A stretch of DNA of 64,000 nucleotides from an uncultured Kordiimonas sp. (lineage in GTDB: Bacteria > Pseudomonadota > Alphaproteobacteria > Sphingomonadales > Kordiimonadaceae). How positions within the stretch are numbered: position 1 is the first letter of the stretch; each line of letters opens with the position of its first letter. A program made the position numbers and the translations under genes. Where the stretch lies: the NCBI GenBank assembly GCA_947500295.1, contig CANMRM010000004.1, positions 185,663-249,662 on the forward strand, written 5' to 3'. Positions 26,817-34,374 of this stretch are shown here, one piece after another. The notes below the pieces were generated by a model, which saw only the letters and a program-made list of their open reading frames with translations, did not search any database and was not told where the DNA came from.

Positions 26817-27266
26817 TCAGTCTTGCCAACGCTTGAGCGCAGCTTCATCCGTTTCTCGGGCGTCGACCCAGTTTGCCCCTTCACTGGTTTCTTCTTTCTT
26901 CCAGAAAGGTGCCTTTGACTTCAAAAAATCCATCAAAAACTCCGCCGCCTCGAAAGCTGCCTGCCTGTGGGAAGAGAGCGTAATCACCAGCACAATATTG
27001 TCGCCTGGCGCCAGCGCGCCATACCTGTGGATGACGCGGCTGCCCACCAGAGGCCATTTCTTCTCCGCCTCTTGAGCGATCCGTTCCAGTTCGGCTTCCG
27101 TCATGCCGGGATAATGCTCAAGTGTCATGGATTTCAATGTGCCGCCAATGTCACGGACCGTTCCGGTGAAGGTTACAATTGCACCAACGTCATAGTTTTC
27201 ACGGCGCAGCGCTTCTATTTCTGCGTTGATGTCGAAATCTTCTGACTGGACGGAGACCGAGACCAT
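26817..27266 (-). CDS. moaE: molybdopterin synthase catalytic subunit MoaE
   Basis: 149 aa with GAIVTFTGTVRD, EHYPGM and FWKKE motifs. Downstream of moaD. Confidence 0.9.
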   Translation of the reverse strand: MVSVSVQSEDFDINAEIEALRRENYDVGAIVTFTGTVRDIGGTLKSMTLEHYPGMTEAELERIAQEAEKKWPLVGSRVIHRYGALAPGDNIVLVITLSSHRQAAFEAAEFLMDFLKSKAPFWKKEETSEGANWVDARETDEAALKRWQD

Positions 27267-27277
27267 TGCGATGCCCT

Positions 27278-27529
27278 TTAACCGCCCGTAACGGGTGGGA
27301 AAATGGCGACTTCGTCGTTGTCGGCAACAATATGGTCGTGTGTGACATGTGTCTGGTTGATGGCGACGCGGACAAAAACACGCTCGCCCAGAACGCGGGC
27401 ATGCTCGTCGCTCAAGCCGCTGAGGTGATCCAGAAGGTCATGGACAGTCGAAACCGATTCCGGCTTGGAGAGTTGCTCCCCTGCGCTACCGACGCCTTCC
27501 CGAATCCAGGAAAAATACTTAATGTCCAT
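27278..27529 (-). CDS. moaD: molybdopterin synthase sulfur carrier subunit MoaD
   Basis: 83 aa ubiquitin-like protein ending in ...PPVTGG. Confidence 0.85.
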   Translation of the reverse strand: MDIKYFSWIREGVGSAGEQLSKPESVSTVHDLLDHLSGLSDEHARVLGERVFVRVAINQTHVTHDHIVADNDEVAIFPPVTGG

Positions 27530-27532
27530 TGG

Positions 27533-28084
27533 TCAAACCATATGCTTCAAACCGGCTCTCAGGTAATCGTAGCCGGTATAGAGAGTGAGAAGGGCTGCTA
27601 CCCACAGGAGTGTCAGGCCAACCTCCAGAGCCGGCAGGCCAAATGACGGGGCACCTTCCGTCCACACAAGCGCTCCTAGGGCGACCATCTGCAATGTCGT
27701 TTTCCATTTTGCAAGAACGGTTACCGGCACGCTGACCTGAATGCCTGCCAGGAATTCCCGCAGGCCCGACACCAGTATTTCGCGGCACATGATGATCACC
27801 GCCGCAATAACATGATAGCCTGAGACCCAGCCAATATGGACGACCATGATTAGAATGGCACCCACCATCAGCTTGTCGGCAATGGGGTCAAGAAACTGGC
27901 CGATTATTGAAACGCTGCCTGTTGCCCTTGCGAGATATCCATCGAAGAAATCAGTGATGCCGGCAAGTGCAAATGTGACGAACGCGATATGGCTGCCCAT
28001 TGGCTGTTCCATGTAAAAAGACGCAACAAGAACCGGGATCACAAAAATCCTGGACAGTGTCAGAATGTTGGGCAGGTTCCACAT
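27533..28084 (-). CDS. pgsA: CDP-diacylglycerol--glycerol-3-phosphate 3-phosphatidyltransferase
   Basis: MWNLPNILTLSRI start and CDP-alcohol phosphatidyltransferase motif DFFDGYLAR...G...DPIADK. The longer ORF to 28177 is probably an over-extension. Confidence 0.9.
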   Translation of the reverse strand: MWNLPNILTLSRIFVIPVLVASFYMEQPMGSHIAFVTFALAGITDFFDGYLARATGSVSIIGQFLDPIADKLMVGAILIMVVHIGWVSGYHVIAAVIIMCREILVSGLREFLAGIQVSVPVTVLAKWKTTLQMVALGALVWTEGAPSFGLPALEVGLTLLWVAALLTLYTGYDYLRAGLKHMV

Positions 28085-28173
28085 GGCATTCACGGTGCTC
28101 TCTAAACTTGCGCACACCATACCTCTTTGGCGTTTGAGGTCAATGTTAAGGCGGCAACTATGTTGGCCAAATC

Positions 28174-30027
28174 TCACTCATGAAAGTGATCATATATCTT
28201 TTGTGCAATCGCGCGCGATATGCCGTCGACACTGGCAATGTCTCTGACATCAGCACCCAGTACGGCTTTCGCAGAACCGAAATGATGCAGCAGCGCTTTT
28301 TTTCTTTTGGGGCCGATGCCCGGAACGCCATCAAGCGGCGATTTTTTGACGTCCGCTTTTCTGCGGGCACGGTGGGAGCCGATGGCGAACCTGTGTGCCT
28401 CGTCGCGCAACCTCTGCAGATAGTATAATACCGGGTCGTTCAAGGGCATTGTGAACGTTCCGCGATCTGGCATATGAAATTGTTCGCGGCCAGCATTCCT
28501 GTCAGGCCCCTTGGAAATCGCAACAACTGTAACGTCGTTGACACCCAGCTCCTCCAGCGTTTCCATGACCGACGAAAGCTGGCCACGTCCACCATCAATG
28601 ACAAGCAGGTCGGGCCAGTGGCCGCGCGACCTGTCTTCGTCTTCTTTCAGGAGGCGTGAAAACCGTCGGCTCATGACTTCCCGCATCATGCCAAAGTCAT
28701 CGCCAGGGCTTAAGTCGGTGTCTTTGATGTTGAACTTGCGGTAGCTGTTTTTTGTGAAGCCGTCCGGGCCTGCCACGACCATACCGCCAACTGCGTTGCT
28801 GCCCTGAATGTGGCTGTTATCGTAAATCTCAATTCTTGAGGGTGGTCCATCGAGGTCAAATTTTTCCGCGACACCTTCAAGGAGTTTTGTCTGACTTGCA
28901 GTCTCGGCAAGCTTGCGTTCCACAGCTTCCTTCGCATTGCGCTCGGCTTCCCGGACAGTGTCGTACTTTTTGCCGCGCGCCGGCACATCGATGCGTACCT
29001 TGCGCTCCATCCGTTCAGAAAGGGCAGTCGCCAGCAATGCCTGATCTTCCAGAGAATGCGACAGCAGGATTTGTTTGGGGGCCGGTTTGTTGTCGTAAAA
29101 CTGTGCAACAAATGCTGTCAGCACCGAAGAAACATCGTCCCCCTTGTCATGCTTGGGGAAGTAGGCCCGGTGTCCCCAGTTTTGCCCGGCGCGGAAGAAA
29201 AACAGCTGAATGCCAACCTGGCCACCAACTTTGGCTGCTGCGATCACATCGGCCTCATCCACCATGGCGTTGACGATCGTCTGATGGCTCTGGATTTGTG
29301 TAAGTGCATTCAGTCGGTCCCGAAATACGGCAGCTGTTTCATATTCCATTTCATCGCTTGAAGCCTGCATGGCATCTGCGAATTTTTTCTGGATGTCAGT
29401 GTTGCGGCCCTCCAGAAATGCTCTGGTTTCAGAAACCATATCTGAGTATTCGCCGTCTTTCACCTTGCCGACACAGGGACCGGAGCATCGCTTGATTTGA
29501 TAGAGCAAACACACCCGTGTACGTGTTTCCAGGGTGTTGTCGGAACATGAGCGAAGTTGAAAAACCTTCTGCAGCGTATTCATTGTCCGGTTTACTGCAC
29601 CGGCGCTGGCGAAAGGTCCAAAATAGTGCCCCTTGTGCCGACGCGCGCCCCGGTGTTTGGTGATCTGTGGCCAATCGTGATCTGTGCGCAAGAGAATGTA
29701 CGGGAATGACTTGTCGTCCTTCAGCAGGACATTGAAGGTTGGTTTGAAACGTTTGATCAGAGACGCTTCAAGCAGCAGTGCTTCCGCTTCGGTGCGAGTG
29801 GTGACGAAGACCATCGATTTCGTCGTAGATACCATTCGTTGAAGTCGGTTGTTTAGCCTCGCGACCTGCGTATAGCTGGTAACACGTTTCTGGATATTTT
29901 TGGCTTTGCCGACATACAGCACATCACCGTTTTTATCGAGCATGCGATAAACGCCGGGCGTGGTCGGCGCCGTTTTGACAAAAGTGCGAATGACAGCAAT
30001 GCCATCTGATAAACTGGAAGCGGACAA
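28174..30027 (-). CDS. uvrC: excinuclease ABC subunit C
   Basis: GIY-YIG module (GVYRMLD...LYVGKAKNI), UvrBC-interaction region, RNase H-like endonuclease domain and C-terminal (HhH)2. Confidence 0.95.
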   Translation of the reverse strand: MSASSLSDGIAVIRTFVKTAPTTPGVYRMLDKNGDVLYVGKAKNIQKRVTSYTQVARLNNRLQRMVSTTKSMVFVTTRTEAEALLLEASLIKRFKPTFNVLLKDDKSFPYILLRTDHDWPQITKHRGARRHKGHYFGPFASAGAVNRTMNTLQKVFQLRSCSDNTLETRTRVCLLYQIKRCSGPCVGKVKDGEYSDMVSETRAFLEGRNTDIQKKFADAMQASSDEMEYETAAVFRDRLNALTQIQSHQTIVNAMVDEADVIAAAKVGGQVGIQLFFFRAGQNWGHRAYFPKHDKGDDVSSVLTAFVAQFYDNKPAPKQILLSHSLEDQALLATALSERMERKVRIDVPARGKKYDTVREAERNAKEAVERKLAETASQTKLLEGVAEKFDLDGPPSRIEIYDNSHIQGSNAVGGMVVAGPDGFTKNSYRKFNIKDTDLSPGDDFGMMREVMSRRFSRLLKEDEDRSRGHWPDLLVIDGGRGQLSSVMETLEELGVNDVTVVAISKGPDRNAGREQFHMPDRGTFTMPLNDPVLYYLQRLRDEAHRFAIGSHRARRKADVKKSPLDGVPGIGPKRKKALLHHFGSAKAVLGADVRDIASVDGISRAIAQKIYDHFHE

Positions 30028-30134
30028 GGTGAGCCACCTTTTTGATCTACAAGCATATTTTTGAACGATCGCGCGCCGGGAATCAACGACCCAATTTTTT
30101 GGGGCGTTTCACGGAAAAAACTGTCCACTTTCCC

Positions 30135-30143
30135 TGTGGATAA
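30135..30143. promoter_or_regulatory. perfect DnaA-box 9-mer (TGTGGATAA = TTATCCACA)
   Basis: Exact consensus 9-mer about 110 nt upstream of the uvrC start, next to an AT-rich tract. A single occurrence may be chance. Confidence 0.25.
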
Positions 30144-30418
30144 CTTTGTGTGCAATTCGAGACATAAAACTGCAACATCGCTGTAATGCTAGACTTTTTA
30201 CGGATTGCCTATTTTTTGTGCAAAAAAATTAAGTTATTGAAAATAAAGGAAAATAAATTCGTCAAGTTTCTCATAATAAATAAATTGAAATTGTAACCTT
30301 GTCACGGAATAGCACGTATGGCAACGAGCGATTCGGTGTGCACAACTTTGCCAGCTGCTTTTGTCATCCAGAATATTGCAGAACTGTTAAACGGTTAAAG
30401 TTTCGGAAGAATCTCGAA

Positions 30419-30838
30419 CTAGCGGTGTCGTTCTATCTCGACACCGACACTTGCTGCTGCATTGACGGCTTCCAGTTTTTCCACCTTCACTCTAGCTTTC
30501 ACTACCTGAGGGTTTCCGAGCGACATTTCTGCGATTTTTTCCGCCAAGGTTTCCACCAGATGGATATGTCCCTCATTGATGATAGCTTGAATGCCAAGCA
30601 CCACTTCGTTGTAGCAAACAACATTTTCAATCTGGTCTTGATGATGTAGCCGCCCTTCAAGAACCGAAAGATCGACGCTGATTCGTATTTTCTGAGTGTC
30701 GCCTTTTTCGTGTGACCACACGCCGATCTCAGCGTCAGTGACATAATCGCGTACAAATACGTGACGCACGCCGTTTGCAGCATCTGCATAGGGCAGGTGC
30801 ACAAGATTGTCGGGCGCGGGCATATCATCGATCGCCAT
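30419..30838 (-). CDS. folB: dihydroneopterin aldolase family protein (FolB-like)
   Basis: 139 aa. VFVRDYVTDAEIGVWSHEKG...ISVDL and YNEVV...LVETLAEKIA follow the FolB tunnel-fold pattern. Confidence 0.75.
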   Translation of the reverse strand: MAIDDMPAPDNLVHLPYADAANGVRHVFVRDYVTDAEIGVWSHEKGDTQKIRISVDLSVLEGRLHHQDQIENVVCYNEVVLGIQAIINEGHIHLVETLAEKIAEMSLGNPQVVKARVKVEKLEAVNAAASVGVEIERHR

Positions 30839-30844
30839 GGTTTT

Positions 30845-31612
30845 TTATTCCTCAAGAATGTCCGGCGTCCGCCATGCGAGGTGCTGGCCGCCATCAAGCG
30901 TAATCATTTGACCTGTAATCGACGGTGTCTCAAGCAGAAACTTGACGGCCGCAGCGATTTCTTCCAAAGCCGGGCCTTGTCCAAGCATGACACTCCTGCT
31001 CTCTTCATTGAAGTCACGTTCAGCTTGAAACTGGTTTGCAAGAGTCGGCCCCGGACTGATTGCGTTGACCCTGATCAAAGGTGCGAGGCTTTGCGCCATG
31101 GTGCGAGTTGTCGTCCATAGGCCGGCTTTTGATGCAGTATACGAAAAATACTGCGGATTCAGCTTCAACACCCGCTGGTCAATGACGTTGACAACGCAGG
31201 CTGATTTGCCTTCGGGCAACTGTTGGGCCAGAGACTGGGTCAGGATAATGGGTGCGCGCAGGTTCACATTTTGATGCATGTCCCACGATTCTTGCGTGAG
31301 CGATTTCAGATCATCCTTTTCGAATACAGATGCATTGTTCACAAGAACATCAATCGCCGTGCCAAGGGTGTCTGCTGCCTCCGCCACCAGGCCAGAGGCT
31401 ATGTCTCCCTTACTCAGGTCGCCCTTGACAGAGCATGCATGCCCGCCGGATTTCTGTATATGCGCCACCAATTCCGCCGCTTCTTTGTCGGAGCCACGGT
31501 GGTGGACGGCAACAGCGAGGCCCTTCTTGGCGAGCGATAACGCGATGGTCCGTCCAATTCGCTGTGCCGCTCCTGTAACGAGAGCGGCAGAATAGGGCGA
31601 TTGCGTATTCAT
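30845..31612 (-). CDS. SDR family oxidoreductase, FolM/pteridine-reductase-like
   Basis: TGAAQRIGRTIA cofactor motif, NNAS, and YSYTASKAG (YxxxK). Sits immediately upstream of folB. Confidence 0.8.
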   Translation of the reverse strand: MNTQSPYSAALVTGAAQRIGRTIALSLAKKGLAVAVHHRGSDKEAAELVAHIQKSGGHACSVKGDLSKGDIASGLVAEAADTLGTAIDVLVNNASVFEKDDLKSLTQESWDMHQNVNLRAPIILTQSLAQQLPEGKSACVVNVIDQRVLKLNPQYFSYTASKAGLWTTTRTMAQSLAPLIRVNAISPGPTLANQFQAERDFNEESRSVMLGQGPALEEIAAAVKFLLETPSITGQMITLDGGQHLAWRTPDILEE

Positions 31613-31636
31613 GGCTTTTCGTCCGCTTCTATAAAA

Positions 31637-32614
31637 TCAGATTGGCATGCCCATCACGGCTGCACTGTCTGCACTGTGCGCAAGATGTACCATATAGCCA
31701 ATATAGAGGGCCACCATGACGAAGCCTGAGATTTTACCAAGCTGGGACCTTAGTCTTGTGAACGGGATCAGAAGCAGTGCTGCACCCAGCATGACCCAGA
31801 TATCGACTGCCAGGAAGCTATCGGGCACCGGAATGTCGCCCACCATCGACGACACGCCCATGATGGCCAGGATATTGAAGATGTTTGATCCCACAACATT
31901 GCCGACGGCGACATCACAATGACCTCGGATTGCAGCCACCATGGCCGTCACCAGCTCAGGCAAGCTTGTGCCCAGAGCTATCAGGGTCAGACCTATAAGG
32001 GCTTCTGAAACACCGAAGGCACGGGCAAGTTCAATGGAGCCAACGACAAGAAGATCAGCGCCGAGGGCCAGGCCAATCAGGCCACCAATCACCATTGCCC
32101 AGGATTTGCGGTAGGGTATCGGGTGCTCTTCGATCTCTGTAATTTCGTCGAGGCCGTCGAGTTCCGTCGGACATTTTTTTGCCCGCATCCCCGAATAGGT
32201 GAGAAACATAGCCAGCAGCGCCAGCAGGATCAGACCATGGCTGGACGTGAAAGTACCGGACTGAGCAAACCAGATGAAGATCAGTGTTGCACCCACCATC
32301 ATCATCAGATTACGCCCCAACCGGGGCGCGTCGCATGTCATCGGCGCTATTATGGCAGGCAGTCCGACCACAAGGAGAGAGTTTGCGATATTGGAGCCGA
32401 CAATGTTGCCAAGAGCGAGCGTAGGCGACCCCTTCAAAACGGCATCGACACCAACCACAAGTTCAGGAGCTGAAGTGCCGAAGGCAACGATCGTCAAGCC
32501 GATAATGAGGGTCGAGACACCGGCTCTATGCGCCAATGATACAGCGCCGCGCACCAAAAAGTCTCCGGCAACTACTAACAAAACAATACCGGTTACAACT
32601 TCCAAATAAGCCAT
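31637..32614 (-). CDS. calcium/sodium antiporter (CaCA family, YrbG-like)
   Basis: Two internal alpha-repeats GTSAPEL and GTSLPEL within about 10 TM segments. Confidence 0.85.
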   Translation of the reverse strand: MAYLEVVTGIVLLVVAGDFLVRGAVSLAHRAGVSTLIIGLTIVAFGTSAPELVVGVDAVLKGSPTLALGNIVGSNIANSLLVVGLPAIIAPMTCDAPRLGRNLMMMVGATLIFIWFAQSGTFTSSHGLILLALLAMFLTYSGMRAKKCPTELDGLDEITEIEEHPIPYRKSWAMVIGGLIGLALGADLLVVGSIELARAFGVSEALIGLTLIALGTSLPELVTAMVAAIRGHCDVAVGNVVGSNIFNILAIMGVSSMVGDIPVPDSFLAVDIWVMLGAALLLIPFTRLRSQLGKISGFVMVALYIGYMVHLAHSADSAAVMGMPI

Positions 32615-32742
32615 GCAGCCAACAAGTCCTTAAAACGCGGGTGCGGCGGCGCGCGCACATTTGGAGATATATAGGGGTGGAGTGGGGCAAAAACCAGTGT
32701 CGCTCCACAAAAAAGTTACAAGATCACGCAATTGCGAAGTCA

Positions 32743-33681
32743 TCAGTAACCCCTCTGTCGATCAAGGACATTTTCAGGTTGCATGCCAGCTTCAATCTTT
32801 TTGATGTTGTTGGCCACATACTCGGCAGCGGTTTTGGGCCGGGTTATGGATGCAATATGCGGTGTTACGATGATCTTGTCATGGGCCCAGAGGGGGCTGT
32901 CTTCTGTGAGTGGCTCTTCAACAAAAACATCAAGTGTGGCGGCGGAAAGATGACCGCTATCCAGCAGGTCAACAAGATCTTCAAGGTTGATGAGGCTACC
33001 CCGTCCGGCGTTGATGATGGAGGCGTATCTGGGCATTAACGCCATTGTTTCTCTGTTCAGCAGATTGGTGGTTTCCGGTGTTGACGGTAACAGACCTACC
33101 AAAATGTCGGTTCTTTTTAGGAAAGACTCAAACTGGTCTTTGCCACTGAAGTGTTCAATACCTTCTTCGGCGGCTTTGCCCGACCGCGACCATGCTGCAA
33201 TTTGATAGCCAAGAGGCTTGAGGGCCTGTGCGCAGTATTTACCGAGGGCTCCATATCCCAGAATGCCGATCCTTACATCAGAAGCGAGCGGGGGAAACAG
33301 ACGCCGCCATTCTCGTTTGCACTGAGCCGCCAGCATGCGCGGCATGTATCGCTGGTGCATCAATACCGTCATCAGCACAAACTCCGCCATGCCTTCCTTC
33401 AGGCCGTCGTCACTCATGCGGATGATCGGAATATCCTTGGGCAGGGACGGGTCGCGGGTAAGGTGATCGACCCCTGCACCAAGCGAAAAGATCGCCTTGA
33501 TGTTTGGATACTTGGCTACCAACCCCAGTTCCGGTTCCCAGGCAAAAAGATAGGCGGGGCCTTCGTCCGGGCTGCCCCAGTCGGGATAGTTCCTGAAGTC
33601 GACACCCGGGATTGCGGCCTCGAATGCTGGTTGCCAGATTTCCCAACCCGGCTCGTCGAGATAAAAATACAGCCGCGTCAT
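32743..33681 (-). CDS. D-2-hydroxyacid dehydrogenase (glyoxylate/hydroxypyruvate reductase A-like)
   Basis: 312 aa with the NAD motif GILGYGALG and catalytic-region NAGRG...D...H. 4-nt overlap with the upstream ORF. Confidence 0.8.
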   Translation of the reverse strand: MTRLYFYLDEPGWEIWQPAFEAAIPGVDFRNYPDWGSPDEGPAYLFAWEPELGLVAKYPNIKAIFSLGAGVDHLTRDPSLPKDIPIIRMSDDGLKEGMAEFVLMTVLMHQRYMPRMLAAQCKREWRRLFPPLASDVRIGILGYGALGKYCAQALKPLGYQIAAWSRSGKAAEEGIEHFSGKDQFESFLKRTDILVGLLPSTPETTNLLNRETMALMPRYASIINAGRGSLINLEDLVDLLDSGHLSAATLDVFVEEPLTEDSPLWAHDKIIVTPHIASITRPKTAAEYVANNIKKIEAGMQPENVLDRQRGY

Positions 33682-34364
33682 GGCACCTTCACAGCCAGTG
33701 TATCATGGTGACCGATAATCAACTCGCGGAGATAAAAACTCACGTCCGCCCGGTTTTTGAATCCGGCTGCGATCGCGGCAGCCTCGGCTTCTTCGGCTGT
33801 TACGTCAGCCGGAACCGCATACGCCTGCAGGCTCTCATAAAACCCGATTGTAAAGATATCGAAATCGGACCCGAATGAGACTTCAAATATGTCGTTCGGG
33901 CTTTGGCCAATGCGCCGGATGTAATCGTTTTCAATGACACGCTGGCGCATGAGGGCGGCATGGTTTCCTGCGCCGGCGTTGAACATCTCAATATGATAAA
34001 AGCCGCTGGCAGCATCTTTTGCTTTCAGGCCTTCCCAGCTTGTTTCGGACGATGCCTGAAAACTCAGCTCATAGTCTACAAGCGTGTCTGCAGCCCGCTC
34101 AAAAGCGGTCGCAGCTGCCTGACAGTCGTTGTCACATCCGGGCTTGTGTTTGCCCAGCAACATCAAGTCCCAGTGATTGCCCTGGCTATGTCTCATGATG
34201 ATGGGGCGCCCCATTTCAAAAGCGTCCCATTTTGTAGTGGTAACGAGCTCCAGCAGGGCCGGAAACTTGCCAGGCGCTGCGCGGAATTGTGTCACCCAAT
34301 AATCGTCGGCCACAACAGGCGTTGAGAGGGCGAAAAGCCCAAACGCACACAATAGCTTTTTCAC
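33678..34364 (-). CDS. hypothetical secreted protein (228 aa)
   Basis: Signal peptide MKKLLCAFGLFALSTPVVA-DD. No motif recognised. Tightly packed between the M14 gene and the dehydrogenase gene. Confidence 0.6.
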   Translation of the reverse strand: MKKLLCAFGLFALSTPVVADDYWVTQFRAAPGKFPALLELVTTTKWDAFEMGRPIIMRHSQGNHWDLMLLGKHKPGCDNDCQAAATAFERAADTLVDYELSFQASSETSWEGLKAKDAASGFYHIEMFNAGAGNHAALMRQRVIENDYIRRIGQSPNDIFEVSFGSDFDIFTIGFYESLQAYAVPADVTAEEAEAAAIAAGFKNRADVSFYLRELIIGHHDTLAVKVP

Positions 34365-34374
34365 CGTGCTCTCC

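Noticed and set aside
26758-28177. Moco riboswitch upstream of moaD/moaE or the modA-like gene; TPP riboswitch upstream of thiD
   Set aside because: There is no leader space. moaD follows pgsA by 3 nt, the modA-like gene overlaps ispB, and thiD starts 3 nt after glmM.
30028-30418. Chromosomal replication origin (oriC) at the uvrC upstream AT-rich region
   Set aside because: There is only one perfect DnaA box plus weak variants. The flanking genes are not those usually found at alphaproteobacterial origins. One consensus 9-mer in 64 kb is within chance expectation. I kept it only as a low-interest regulatory observation.
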